Of a DNA stretch of 64,000 nt, positions 13,251 through 25,849 are shown in pieces. The position numbers and the translations under genes are program-made. The DNA is from Gracilinanus agilis. Lineage: Eukaryota. The notes below the pieces were generated by a model, which saw nothing but the letters and a program-made list of their open reading frames with translations, had not been told where the DNA came from and did no database searches. Each line of letters begins with the position of its first letter. The first letter of the stretch is position 1. Location: positions 178,732,363 through 178,796,362 of the forward strand of contig NC_058132.1 in the NCBI RefSeq assembly GCF_016433145.1. The letters run 5' to 3'.

Positions 13251-13382
13251 AGTTAAGTGGTCACCTGTAGCTTCCCAATTAATTAACTGTTTTGAGTGGC
13301 ATCCTTATGATAGACATATAGAGAATAGGAACTATTCTGATGTCTAATTTGTATCACCTTCAAAGAATTGGCCTCTCTGTTG

Positions 13383-13390
13383 GTGTGAGT

Positions 13391-13424
<34 letters not shown>
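13383..13424. repeat. (GT)n microsatellite
   Basis: Seen directly. Confidence 0.95.
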
Positions 13425-13427
<3 letters not shown>

Positions 13428-14992
13428 CAGCTTGTTTTGGATGTTCTGAAGTAGACAATTGAAAAGAATAATAAAAATGTACATATTTAAATGGGCTAAT
13501 CTTTAGGTATTCTTCAAGAGAAGCATGTATTTCATAATATCTTGTTTTCTATACTCATTTCCTAGAGATTATGAATTTGCATAGTTAATATGTTATACAA
13601 ATAAGCAAAAAATGTATTTTTTTCCTTTCAAAACTGTACTTTCTAAAAAAATAGATCTTATTCATTTACCTTCATTGGACCCCTCTCAATATCTGTAAAT
13701 AATTACTAATTGCTTGGTTGAGGTAATTCCCTTAAAGGAAATAGTGTAATAGAACAGATTATACTTAGAAAATGAATGCTTGGATAAATATTCTCTAGGT
13801 TTAATGGACTATTAAAATGGATATGACCTTATAAATAATCTAACCCTCTCATTTTAGAGTGAATAGAGGCCCAAAATGATTCAACAGGTTTTTTCCAACT
13901 TTACACATCCAATTTGTACCAGAACTATCTCTAGAACTCATAATTTGGATTTCTTCAATCTGTACACTAATATGATAACAACCCTTCCTGAAAAAGAACA
14001 AAAACTTCAGCAAGAAATTTCATCTACATCTCAATTAGTTTTTTTATTCCTTCACTCTAAAAAAAAGTTTTTATTTTCCTTTTTTGTGTTTTTTTTAAAA
14101 TGTTCCTCCATTAATGATCTACTCTAACAGCTTATCCTATTGTGTATGTGAGCATGGGTTCCTGAAGGCAATGGCAATATGGGAGAAGGTCTGGAATGTA
14201 TTACCAAATTAGAAAAACATTTTGAGTGTGGGATAAGAAAATCACTTGCATTATGTCAGAGAGAATGATGTATTTTGGATGAATCTTGAAGACTCTCTAA
14301 CAAGTTATCAAGGGGTAGCGATCTAAGCCAGTTACAGTAATGTCCACTGCAAAAAACAAACAAACAATGGAGATCCTTTAAATATTAAAACATTCTTCTT
14401 CTCAAATTGTAATTTATTATTTATATAAAACTGCTATCCTACATTAGGTAATGCCATTTATGCTTTTAAAAAAATTAACAGAGAGGATATCTTCCTAGCT
14501 CACAGAACTTCCTTGTCATTTTCTTCACTGTTTAAGATGTAATTATCTTTCACTTTGAGATTTTACAAACTAATGCATGGAATACACCACTTTCTTCTAG
14601 AACAGCTCTTTGTGTGATGTTTCCAGGAATATATTGGTTTCCAAGTATATATTACTTTCAAAACTATCAAATCCTGCCTTTCCTATAAGGTTTCCAATAA
14701 GTCTCTGTAGATTGAATTGAAAATTCTGAAGTCTAAAAATAAAATGAGTCACTTAAAACAAAAGCCTAACTTTTTACATTTCTGGTGTTTTGAGACTAAA
14801 ATGACTGTCTTAGATATTAAAATAATTTAATGTGAAGGGGAAAATTTACCCTCAATTGTTATAATTTGTACCAATGCTCTCTCAGTTTCTTATTTACTAT
14901 ACATATTTGGATCATTCAATATTCAAATGTAGTAAGTAATAAAATTATGCCTATATAAAGTCTGTTTAGAATCATTAAAACACAACTTAATC

Positions 14993-15182
14993 GGGGGCAG
15001 CTGGGTAGCTCAGTGGATTGAGAGCCAGGCCTAGAGACGGGAGGTCCTAGGTTCAAACCCGGTCTCAGACACTTCCCAGCTGTGTGACCCTGGGCAAGTC
15101 ACTTGACCCCCATCGCCTACCCTTACCACTCTTCCACCTATAAGTCAATACACAGAAGTTAAGGGTTTAAAATTAAAAAAAA
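14993..15182 (+). mobile_element. Young SINE1_Mdo-type tRNA-derived SINE
   Basis: A box tagctcagtgg, B box ggttcaaaccc, CORE, aagttaagggttt plus poly-A; CpGs retained; degenerate flanking repeat aaaacacaacttaatc / aaaactcagcttattc. Confidence 0.95.
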
Positions 15183-16499
15183 AAAACTCAGCTTATTCAA
15201 GTATTACTGTTACAGAGGAAAATACTGACCTGGTGAATTTCTGAAGAATGATGAACTTTGGATTACTTATATGAATTTATAGTAACTTTCTCTAATCATG
15301 GTCTTTCATTTTTTTTCTATAATACTTGACCTCAAAACTCACCTTAAGCAAAAAAAAGCTCTTCTTTGAGTTTTTATTTTATGTAATTGAGTTTTAAATG
15401 AATTTAAAACTGTCTAAGTGGCAATTAAAGAGAAATGACTGGTGGATTATTACACTAATAGTTGATGGATAATGTTATGAGTCTTGAAAATAAATTTTGT
15501 AAGTAAAGAAAGAATAAAAATTATGCCCAGTGGCTTTCAAATATGAAATCCTATTTACCTGTTTTTTGTATTTTTTTCTTATTTTGTCATTCCTCAAAGG
15601 AGAGAATGGGATATAGAAAATTTCTGAATTACATATATGATCCCAATTATAAAAGTTCATTATCTTCAAGGTTAACTTTCTTTATACATATAAGATTCAT
15701 TAGTTAGCTGTATTTTGTAAGAAAAGAAACAGAAAGGAAGGAAAGAAGGAAGAAAAGAAGGAAAAAAAGTAAAAAGAAAGAACAAAAGATCTGTCATCCA
15801 ATGCAACTTTATCACTAGACATCTTGAATCCTTTCATAAACATTATTAATATTTAGCACAAAAATTAGAATTAGTCCAAAATTGTCCCAAGGAATGATGG
15901 AAATGTGAACTGTTTTACTATTGTTTTCAGTTTTTTTAAATATGTAATACTTGGGCTGAATTATTCATGTCTGATAAATAGGGTGAAAATGGCAAGTTAT
16001 AGGAAGGGATTAGCCATCTCTGAACAGTTATATTTATCAAAAGGTCTTACTTAAAGAAGTTTTATTACAATCTAACACTGTCTCCTCTAAGCTTAACTTA
16101 CATCTATCCTGCATCTTAATTCAATTTCTTATCTCTGAGTAATAGATAGTGGGTGCATTTAGATAAAGTACTTATAAATAACTCATCCCATATTTTACAG
16201 TTTGATCTCATTAAATAATTGTCATTTTTTAAATGAGGCAACATTAAACATCCCACTTCTGAATAATATATTGAAAAGAAATAGTAATACATGTGGCTAT
16301 TGAAAGATTACATCAAGTCAAGGTATTTAGAAGGAATAAGGAGTAAAATTATTTCCAAACCCATACCTTTAAATAACTCTAAACCTATATTGATCAGGAA
16401 TCTACTGTGAGATGGTGAGAAAATCACTTAAACTTACTAAATCTCTTACTCCTCATTTACATAAGTTAAAAAAAAAAACAACCTGACCTTAAAGGCAAC

Positions 16500-16755
16500 C
16501 AGATAGAGCAGAAAGTGAAATATTGGGTCTTGAGTCAGGAAGATGCAAGGTAAAATATGGCAATAAATGCTGACTTTAGTTATGTGATGCTGGGCAAATC
16601 ACTTAGCCTCTTTCTGCCTCAGTTTCCCCAAGTATAAAATGGGAATAATAATTTTATGTCCTTAGAGTTGTTGGGAGAATCAAATGAGATATTATTTGTA
16701 AAGTTCTTAGCAAAGCATATATTATATAATAGGCACTCAATAAATGCTTATCCCC
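16500..16755 (+). mobile_element. Near full-length MIR/CORE-SINE with L2-type tail
   Basis: ttgagtcaggaagat…ctgggcaaatcacttagcctctttctgcctcagtttcccc…aatcaaatgagatatt…ggcactcaataaatgctt. Confidence 0.85.
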
Positions 16756-17119
16756 TTAGTCAGATAAGTGGTGAAGCAAATAGAAGATGAAACCTGACAA
16801 CCTCAGTTCAAATTCTCTCTCATGAATGTTTCAATCAAATTTTATTGAAAGCTTAACCTGAAGCAGATCTCCAAACAATGTGGCATTTATTAACAGGGGC
16901 ATGCTACCTATTGATAAATGGGTCAGTGACCTGCCTCCTTTCATGTCAGAGAACATGAGCAAGGATGTGAGGGCAATATAATTGCAAGATCTGCCACCTC
17001 ATTGATCACTAGGGTTCATTCAACTAATATGGCTCAGTAGGTCAGAGTCCCCTTCTTTCCTCACTGCTCCATGTGCATCTGTCCCAAAGCTGCTCTTCAG
17101 CAAATAGAAAGATCTTCCC

Positions 17120-17690
17120 AGATAGAAGAATTTTTTTTTGGTCAAGTGTATATGAAAAGCCACCTTATCCTGCTAGAACAATCTCCCAAAGAAGCTGAGC
17201 AATAGGACAACTCCCTTTCAATAGAGTTTTTGGGATAAGAAAACAAAGAACAGAACAGGATCCATGAGATCATGGGATAAGAGGCAACATAATTGGTTAT
17301 AGAGCTGAAGCATAGGTAATAGCATGATTTATGGGAAGTTTGGTAATGAGGGCTAGCAACTTCTCTCATCAGACTAAGAAATGCTCATTTTTGGAATCCA
17401 GGTACAAGATAGAAGCGTAGACTTTAGGAGAGCAAACCAGACATTCTTGAATGATAGCTTGGTGGCTTAAAGATATTACACAACTCCCAAATATACTCAC
17501 ATAGTCCCATGCTAGCAAAATTCCTTGAAGCAAGATGAGTGATTAGCAGAAGAATTGGATGTCTAAACTTAAGTCATAAAGGACTAGTTAAATTCTGAAC
17601 TAGTTCAGAGACAAAGAACCATAATTTAAGCATTTACAAGACAAAAGCAGTTATAGAACAAAATCAATTATTTATAAATATCATCAATAA
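17120..17690 (+). mobile_element. L3/CR1 LINE fragment
   Basis: Degenerate CR1 RT 3' motifs (ctcatcagactaagaaatgctcatttttggaatccagg…gactttaggagagcaaaccag). Confidence 0.5.
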
Positions 17691-17699
17691 TAAAAGATG

Positions 17700-17910
17700 C
17701 AGGATAGATTTTGATTTTCTCAGTCACTTAATGATGTTGTGGCCCTAATCAAGTCACTTAGCCTGTGTGAGACTCAGTTTCCTCATCTGAAAAATGGTGA
17801 TAATAGCACTACCTCTCACAAGAATGTTGTGAGGATCAAACAAGTTAACAAGTAAAATGCTTTGCAAAAAATTAGATGTGCTATAAATGCCATTTTTATT
17901 ATTATTACTC
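17700..17910 (+). mobile_element. MIR
   Basis: aagtcacttagcctgtgtgagactcagtttcctcatctgaaaaatgg…gttgtgaggatcaaac. Confidence 0.8.
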
Positions 17911-18379
17911 TTATAGTCCAAAATTATCTGAAGTTTGGATGAGATATTGCAATGGAAATTTTCTTCAATACTTCTACATTTTGAAGCATCTATGACTTCA
18001 TCTATGTGAATATTTCCTCCAATGGGTAAGACCCCAAGTGATTCAGACTTTCAATATTGCTCAACTTTATGCACTCAACCCTCCTTCCTGCAAATGATAG
18101 CAGTTCTAGGGTGAGGAGGCTTCTAAGAAAGCTTAGAACAAAAAATGGGAGGGTATTGTTATGGTTTTTATTTTTATTTTCTTGTTATTTATTTTAGCTA
18201 TCCTGGGAAGTTAAGAGACTTAGCACAACCCTTCTCTTTAATGGATGGAAAACTCAATAGTTGGGCTGCTTAACTCTAATTTTGTTCCTATTTTCTTTCA
18301 CAAAGAGGAGGAGCTTTGTATTATAAAGAACAGAATAAAGTTAGCTAGAAGGAAGTTGATATTTAAATAAAGAGACAGT

Positions 18380-19000
18380 AAGGGATCCACTTGGTTGCCA
18401 TTGACAAGTTCAAGTTAGCAGGTGAAGATAAATACATTCCAAAGTACTGAACTGAATGGCATATGTGATTACTGAGATCAGTTTGACTATAATGTACAAA
18501 GTAAAATATAAAGTAAATGTGGAAAGGTAGGAAATAGACTGTGGGGAGTGTTAAAAGCCAAGTTGGGATGTTTTCAGACTATTGCCTTTTGGAATATTAT
18601 TTTGGCAACATCTTATTGATCAGATTGGATAAGAGAAGAGACAAATTAGAGTAATGATTTAGGAGACTAAGAGCACCACAGGAAGAGGTAATAAATGCCT
18701 TGAACCTTATCAGTTATCAGACTTATAGGTGAAAAAGGGGTTAGATGTGAGAACAGTCCTGGAGACAGAATTGTCAAATCTTGGCAGTTGATTAGATGTA
18801 TAGATTTAGGGAAAAGAAAGAGTCGAAGATGATTTATGGTTCCTGAATCCAAAGGACTAAAAGGATGTGTCTTAAACAAAAATGCTAAAGTTTAGAGGAT
18901 GGAATGCATTATCAGAGAAAATAGCTATGGTTTACATGTTGACAACCAGTTGGAGATATCTAGTAGGTAGTTATTAATGAAGAAATGGAGTTCACTAAAA
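18380..19000 (-). mobile_element. L2 fragment
   Basis: gagacaaattagagtaatgatttaggagactaagagcaccacagg…ttgtcaaatcttggcagttgattagatgt. Confidence 0.6.
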
Positions 19001-19074
19001 TTGGAGGTAGGAGAAAAGGAAGGAAGGAAATAAGGAATGGAAGCAGGCAGGAAGGAAGGAAAGACATAATCAGT

Positions 19075-20190
19075 GTGCATTCTGTGCCAAAACTTTGCTA
19101 AGCATTTTACAAATATTACCTTATTTAATCTTTACAATAACCCTGGAAGGTAGGTGCTCTCATTAATCTCTCTTTTATAAGTTGAGAAAATTGGGGCAGA
19201 GAGTGGTTTAGTAACTTGACTAGGGTTACAAAGGTAGTAAGTGTTGTAATGAGGGTATATGGGTGGATCAGTTATGGAGATTGGTAATGTCAGAAAGCAA
19301 GTATGACTTAATCACAAGCTGTTTACTGATGGTGCTGGGTGTCGGAATGATAAGCATCCAGTGCCTAAACCAGCCAAGGGATTGATGTAATTTCCCTTAG
19401 CAAGGATTGAATCCCCCTTAAGAAGATTATCTTTTAGCCTCTAACTTGGCTGAGGAAGTAACTCCTATTGGATGACAATGAGATTAGACAGGAAGGAAAG
19501 TGTGTTGCTTCCTGTCTAACAGTATGGAGTTACTCTGCCACCCTCCTAGAATCTTGAACACCAGTCTACTTAGATCTGAGTTGAAGGTAGGAGCCACTAG
19601 TTCATAAGTTAAACTAAGGTTTATTTGAAAAGTTGATTAGGGAAAAGGCATTGGAGAGTGGGTTAGGAAACCCATGAATTTAGTCTAGTACTGTCTTCTT
19701 GATCTAAGTTCAGTTTGTTGATGAACTCCTTGCTATGATCTTTAGCTATCCCAAGGGACCAGCCCTGGGACAGAAATAAATGATCTCTTTATGGTAATAT
19801 AGAGCAACTTCTTGATAGGGTATATCTAATTGATGTTACTTCTGTGTCAGCAAAGTTATCCTAAACCTACCTAGCCTAGGAAACTAAGATCCCATGTTCC
19901 TCCTCCCGGCCACCCTGGATCCCCAAGGAGTAGAAGTGAAGGTAAGAAGAGAAGTAGGGAAAGAGCAAAACCACCTAAGCCCTGGGTCTCCAGGGTTTTA
20001 TATACCCTGGGTCCAACTAGCAGTTGGCACTTGCCCTGTGGCTCATGCCACGGTCAACATTCCAACCAGGGCAACTGATAGGTTGCGCCAAGCAAACATG
20101 GCAATGTTATTAATTCTCTATTACAGTATCTGAGATGGCATTTGAACTCAGGTTTTTCTGATGTGAGGCCCAGCACTCTATTCACTGTAT
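19075..20190 (-). mobile_element. CORE-SINE split by a solo LTR
   Basis: The left part (19075-19244, …agggttacaaaggtagtaagtgt) and right part (20126-20190, gtatctgagatggcatttgaactcagg…) join into a continuous SINE. Confidence 0.85.
19245..20125 (-). mobile_element. Solo ERV LTR (~880 bp)
   Basis: Termini tgtaat…attaca; 4-bp near-TSD gtgt/gtat; minus-strand TATA (tatataaaa, 19996-20004) and AATAAA (19620-19625). Confidence 0.88.
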
Positions 20191-20584
20191 GTCTTAGATG
20201 GAGATAGAAACACGGAAATTTTAGTAATTTGTTTATAAATTGAACTCATGGAAATGAATGAAAACAGTATGGAAATGAGTGTAGGGTAAAAGTCCTAAAA
20301 TATGTGTATGTGTGTGTGTGTGCTTGTGAAAGACCTTTAGGCTGTATGAAGAACACTGTGGACTTCTTAGAATAATGGTTTTAGGTACATACAATGCAAT
20401 CAGATGACAAAAAAAAACTAATTGTGTTGAAAATTATTTATCAAAATATTAGAAAACCAGGTTCATAAGCTTCCTGAAATCTTTCCATAGACAACTTTTG
20501 CATCAGTGGAGGCAAGGTAAAGAACTTCTGGTATTGAGAGGGGAAAACAGAGACTTTGGGGACAATAATAAAAGTGATGCAGGA

Positions 20585-20777
20585 GGGGCAGCTGGGTAGC
20601 TCAGTGGATTGAGAGTCAGGCCTAGAGACGGGAGGTCCTAGGTTCAAATCCAGCTTCAGACACTTCCTAGCTGTGTGACCCTGGGCAAGTCACTTGACCC
20701 CCATTGCCCACCCTTGCCACTCTTCCACCTAGGAACCAATGCACAGAAGTTAAGGGTTTAAAAATGTAAAAAATAAA
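20585..20777 (+). mobile_element. Young SINE1_Mdo-type SINE
   Basis: Perfect 15-bp TSD aaaagtgatgcagga (20570-20584, 20778-20792); A and B boxes intact. Confidence 0.96.
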
Positions 20778-21044
20778 AAAAGTGATGCAGGATATACAAT
20801 AATCCAGCAAAGAAAACTAAAAGAAGTAGCAAAATGTCCAGGAAATACAAACAAAGCACTGTCATGGAAACCCAAGAAGGAAGGAATATATAGTAGAAAA
20901 GGATGGTGAGGTCAAAATTTGCAAAATGATCAAGGAAAATGAGAAAAGGCCATTGGATTGAGCTATAGAGTAATACTATACAAAATATTATGAAAGTATG
21001 AAAACTGAGTAGAAGGTATAGAATTAGAGCCAATGAGTATAGAA

Positions 21045-21234
21045 CAATGATGGGCAAACTTTTTAAAGAAGGAAATGCTCATCTGTCAGTCTGTTTCTAA
21101 GGCAACTCTTTCAAAGTTTCATTGTATTGTAACCTACTTGTTGTATTTGTCAGATTAGGAATAACGTTGCACAGCCAGACAGAACATTTCAGGGGGCTGC
21201 ATCTGGCCTGCAGGCTGTAGTTGACCCATCACTG
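21045..21234. mobile_element. hAT (Charlie-type) MITE, 190 bp
   Basis: TIRs caatgatgggcaaact / agttgacccatcactg; 8-bp TSD gtatagaa / gtatagag. Confidence 0.92.
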
Positions 21235-21274
21235 GTATAGAGGTTTTTAAAATTTTCTGCTATAACATCTATGG

Positions 21275-22793
21275 AAGAGCCAAGATGGCAGAGTAGATGA
21301 AGTAACTCAGTTTAATTCTATCAACATTCCCCTTCAAACAACTTTAAAATAAAACCTCACATCAAATTCAGAAGCAACAGACACATTTTCCCAGCCTAAG
21401 CCAATTTAGAAAGTTGGAAGAACAGGTATATAACACTATGCCGGGTGCCAGATTGAAGATCATATGGCAAGATCACTAGTAGTGGGCTTTAGAGGCAGCT
21501 GTGGCAGCAACAGCAACACATTCAGGAGCTCTTAGCCCAGAGATAGTGAGAAGGACCATAACTACTCAGAAAGATAATATAGGGAACTCTTTGCTGTCAC
21601 TATTATAAGACTAAGCCCTGTGCCAACTCTTTTGCCCATTCTCAATTCTGGGTCACAGTTTCAGGTCAGAAGGAAACCCGTGATAAATCACAAAGGAGCA
21701 AGGCCTCTAGTTGCAATTCTAATGTAGAAAAGCACTAACATTTGTGGGAAAAGAAGTAAAAAATTTCATGAAGAAAATGATTTTTTAAAGTTAGGATTGA
21801 GCAAATGAAAACTCAATGAAATATTCAGGAACAATAAGGTAAAAATAGTTTTTAAAAGAGGAAAATGAAATATCTGATTGCTTAAACAACTTATCAGAAA
21901 AAGGGGTTAAGGAGAAATTTTAAGAATTATCAAATTATCTGAAAGTCATGATCAAAGAAAGTTGAAGTATCATATTCTGAGAAATTGTTATGGAAAACTA
22001 TCTTGATAGTCTAGAATCAAAGGATAAAATAAAAATTGGAAGAATCCACCAATATCACTTGAAGAAGATCCCAAAACTAAAACCCAGTAATATTATAACT
22101 AAATTCCACAGCTTCCAGGTCAAAGAGAAAACACTTCACACAACAAGAAAGATACCATTCACATGTTATAAAGTCACAATCAGGATCATTCAAAATTTAG
22201 CCAATACCAGGTTAAAGGAAAAGAAGCTTAAAATATGACATAAGAGAAGGCAAAAGAACTGGGATTAAAACCAAGAATAACTTATCCATGAAAACAGACT
22301 ATAACCTTTTAAATTAAAAACGATATTTAATGAAATAGAGTACTTTCAAGCATCCCTGATAACAAGGCCAGAATTGAATAGAAAATGTGACTTTCAAATA
22401 CAAGACTCAAGAGAAGTATTAAAAGGTAAATATGAAAAAGAAATCGTAAAGTACTTTAGAAAGTGAAACCATTTAGTTTTCTATAAGAGAAAATGATGCA
22501 TGTATCTTCCAAGAAATTTATCATGAGTAGGAGAGTTAAAAATGATTCAAAAAGTGGGTGTGAGTCAATTATGTTGAGATTATGTAAAAAAATGATAGGC
22601 AAATAGGAAAAATGCTCTGGGAGAAGGAGGAAGGGAAAGGAAGAATTGGGAAAATTATTTCACATAAAAGAGGCACACAAAAAGGAAATTGTATGGTGTA
22701 GGGAGAAATGGTGGGGGTGGGTACTGCTTAAACCTTACTCATATTTAAATTTATTCAAAGAAAGAGAGAGAAGAGAAATACTCACACACACAT

Positions 22794-22848
<55 letters not shown>

Positions 22849-24250
22849 TGGTAATAAAAATATCTTACCCAGTGAGGGAAGTAGGAGGGAAAGAGGATAA
22901 AAGAAAATGGGAGCAGTGATAAATGGAAGGACAGATTAAAAGAGGCAGTGGCCAGAAGCAAAACAGGCTAGAGGAAAGAGAATATAAAATGAGAGAGAAG
23001 GATAAATGGAAGAAAGAGAGAAATAAATTTATAATTAAAATTGTTAATGTAAATGAAATAACTCATGAAATGGAAGTGGATAGCAGAATGAATTCGAAAC
23101 CAGAATCCAATATAATGTTGTTTTCAGGAAACACCTAGAGACACACACAGAATTCAAATAATGGGCTAAAGCAGAATCTATTATGCCTCAGCTGATGTAA
23201 AAAATGCATGCATAGCAATCAGAATTTTAGGCAAATAAAAAGCAAAAATACACCTAATTTAAAAATATAATCAGGTAAACTACATTTTGCTAAAAGATAC
23301 CAAAGACAATGACATAATATCAAAACTAAACATATATGAACCAAATGGTATAATATCCACCATCTTGAAGGAAAACTTAAATGAATTGCAGGAGGAAATT
23401 GACAGAAAACATTTTACAACTGCTGAACCACAACATTCTCTCAATTCTAGATAAATCTATCCTTGATATAAATAAGAAAAGATTTAAGGAGATAAATAGA
23501 ATCTTAGAAAAGTTAGATATGACAGAATTCTAGAGAAAATGGAATGGGAATAAAAAGTGATATATCTTTTCTCAGTTATACATGACCCCTCCAAAAAATT
23601 GATCATGTAAGTCATAAAAACCTCACAACTGAATGTAAAAATATTAAATGCATACTTTTCAGAACTTAATGCAATAAAAATTATATATAATAAATGGTCA
23701 AAAAAAGTAGAAATTTAAAAGGTAATTGAAAGCTAAATAATCTTACTCTATAAAATGATTGCCTAAGAAAAATCATAGAAATAATTAATTATATTAAAGT
23801 GAATGACAACAATGAGATAACATTCTAAAATTTGTGAGATGCAGTCAAAACAATATTTGGGGGGGAATTAAATTTATATCTATGTACATCAATAAAAGAA
23901 AGTCCAGATCAATGAATTGAGGATGGATATAAAAAATTAAAAAGAACAAATTAAAAATCCTCAAATAAACACAAAATGGAAATCCTGAAAAACATGGAGA
24001 TATTAATAAAATTACAAGTAAGAAAAAATTGCAGTAGTAAAAATTAGCAGATGCTTTTGTGTAAAAAATAAACGATTGGGTTAATTTTATTTAAAAAAAA
24101 ACAAATTACTAGTATCAAAAATGAAAAAGGTGAGTGTACAATCAATGAGGATGAAATAAAAGCAATTACAAGGGGTTTTTGCCCAATTATATGCCAACAA
24201 AACTGTCAGTCTAAGTGAAATTGATGAATATTTACAAAAAATATAACCTG
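21275..24250 (+). mobile_element. L1 5' half: 5' UTR, decayed ORF1, inter-ORF region, ORF2 endonuclease region; 3'-truncated
   Basis: Starts gagccaagatggcagagtag; ORF1 remnant IGRIHQYHLKKIPKLKPSNIITKFHSFQVKEK; ORF2 start KIVNVNEIT…MNSKPESNIMLFSGNT; no 3' end. Confidence 0.88.
22783..22846. repeat. (CA)n microsatellite inside the L1 inter-ORF region
   Basis: Seen directly. Confidence 0.97.
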
Positions 24251-24469
24251 CTTAATTTTAAGAAAAATGTAAAAATGATCAACTCGTAAATGAGAAATGA
24301 TAAGAGGGCTAAATAAAGGCTAATAACAAGCTTAGAAATTTTAAGATTCTAGTCTACTACCTAGCTCCTCTTTCACTTCCAATTCATTCATCATTCTAGT
24401 CAGTCTAGAAGTCATGTATTCATACTCCTGGTTAAACAAACACTTTATTTTTAAATTGGGGAGTATTTT

Positions 24470-24590
24470 AATATAATTGTTTTCTGTTATAATCTTACAC
24501 ATTTTATTTTATAAATAAACTTTTTACTGAAAAAGGATCCATAAAGTTTACTAGACTTACAAAGAAGTCTGCCACACATACACACAAATT
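24470..24590. mobile_element. Ancient hAT MITE fragment (MER/Charlie-like)
   Basis: ttataatcttacacattttatttt…actgaaaaaggatccataaagtttactagac resembles a recalled ancient MER-type 3' end. Confidence 0.4.
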
Positions 24591-24839
24591 TAATATTCTC
24601 TTATCTAGGCATATGGTAGAACCATCGACAGACCTCAAAAAGTCAGTATGTCTTTTTTGCAGGTAATAAAATATATTTAGATTTTAGATATGTTGAATTT
24701 GAAATGATAGTGGGACAAATGAGGTGGACAAGGTAAGAACAAAGCAAAAGTTGTCAGGTTTGACTAAATAGAAAGGCTTTGAGTAAAAAGCCATTCAAAT
24801 AACATACACTCATCCTCAGCTTCTTCCTTTCATTAATTT

Positions 24840-25350
24840 TCTAATGGCTCTTATGCCAAGATTTCCAGTACTCTCAGTCTTCCAAATAATTTTCTGTAGA
24901 CATTCAAGTTTGACATTGTTTCTTATAAAATGTGTTATCCAGATATAATTATAATATTGCAAATTTCATTTGATTAGGGCAGGCATGGTAACCTCCCTTT
25001 CTATAGACATTGTACATCTCTTAGGAATGGGGAGAGAGACTGGGCCTACCAGTGCCACACAGGCATATAGCCTCAATCCCTGAGAAGTCTAACAACTTTT
25101 CCCAAAGACATATAATTAATAGGTATCCATGAAAGGCAGTTATTGAATTCTAAGTTTTCCTGGCTTCAAGGCCAATTCTGTATCTACTATGCCTCATTGC
25201 CTTCAACCTAAAATTCTATCAGCCTGTTTGCTTTGTTACACTGCTGATTCACATTGTATTTGTAGTCCATGAAACCTCAAATTTGCTTCTTGAAAGCTTT
25301 TTGGATACTGACTCTTATCTAAATTAGTAGCCATCCTCATTTTTGTACCA
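24840..25350 (-). mobile_element. L3/CR1 fragment containing a minus-strand CORE-SINE (~25025-25210)
   Basis: CR1-like gtttgacattgtttcttataaaatgtgttatccag; SINE-like ttgaattctaagttttcctggcttcaaggccaattctgtatctactatgcc. Confidence 0.55.
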
Positions 25351-25849
25351 ACTGGGAGTTTAATAAATATTTTGTCTATACAATGAGCCAAACCACTGGA
25401 CAATTGCTTTACATTTTACACATAATATATAGTCAGAACCATCCTGGCCTGCGCTGGTAGTGTAATTCATGTAAGATTTCTGTCATTTTCAGGATATATA
25501 AGGTCAGATTTCCTCTTCAAGTATATTATAAATGGGTAATATTTAATTCCTGATTAATTAGTCTATAGATGCTGATAGTTTTAAAACTGCCAGAAATTTG
25601 TGAATATTTTGCCACATCTATTTAGCAAGCAATATATTCTTGAACATTCTTGCAAGTAAACAATAGTTCTGCCTGCTGAAATAAGCAAAAGGGGACATAA
25701 AAAGTGCCAGTCAAGGGTGCCAAACACAACAAGGACCACACTCACAACCCCACAAGTAACAGGACTAACTAGATACACTGGAAACCCACACAAGGGATGT
25801 GGAGAATGGGGAGTGGCAGAGTAAACACACAAGGTGAGTAAGCATCAGT

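Noticed and set aside
14993-15065. tRNA-like A/B-box sequences (also at 20585, 59334, 62620)
   Set aside because: These are SINE heads, not tRNA genes: no cloverleaf, and they are followed by a CORE domain and poly-A
22646-22900. ORF with THTHTH repeats
   Set aside because: Translation of a (CA)n microsatellite
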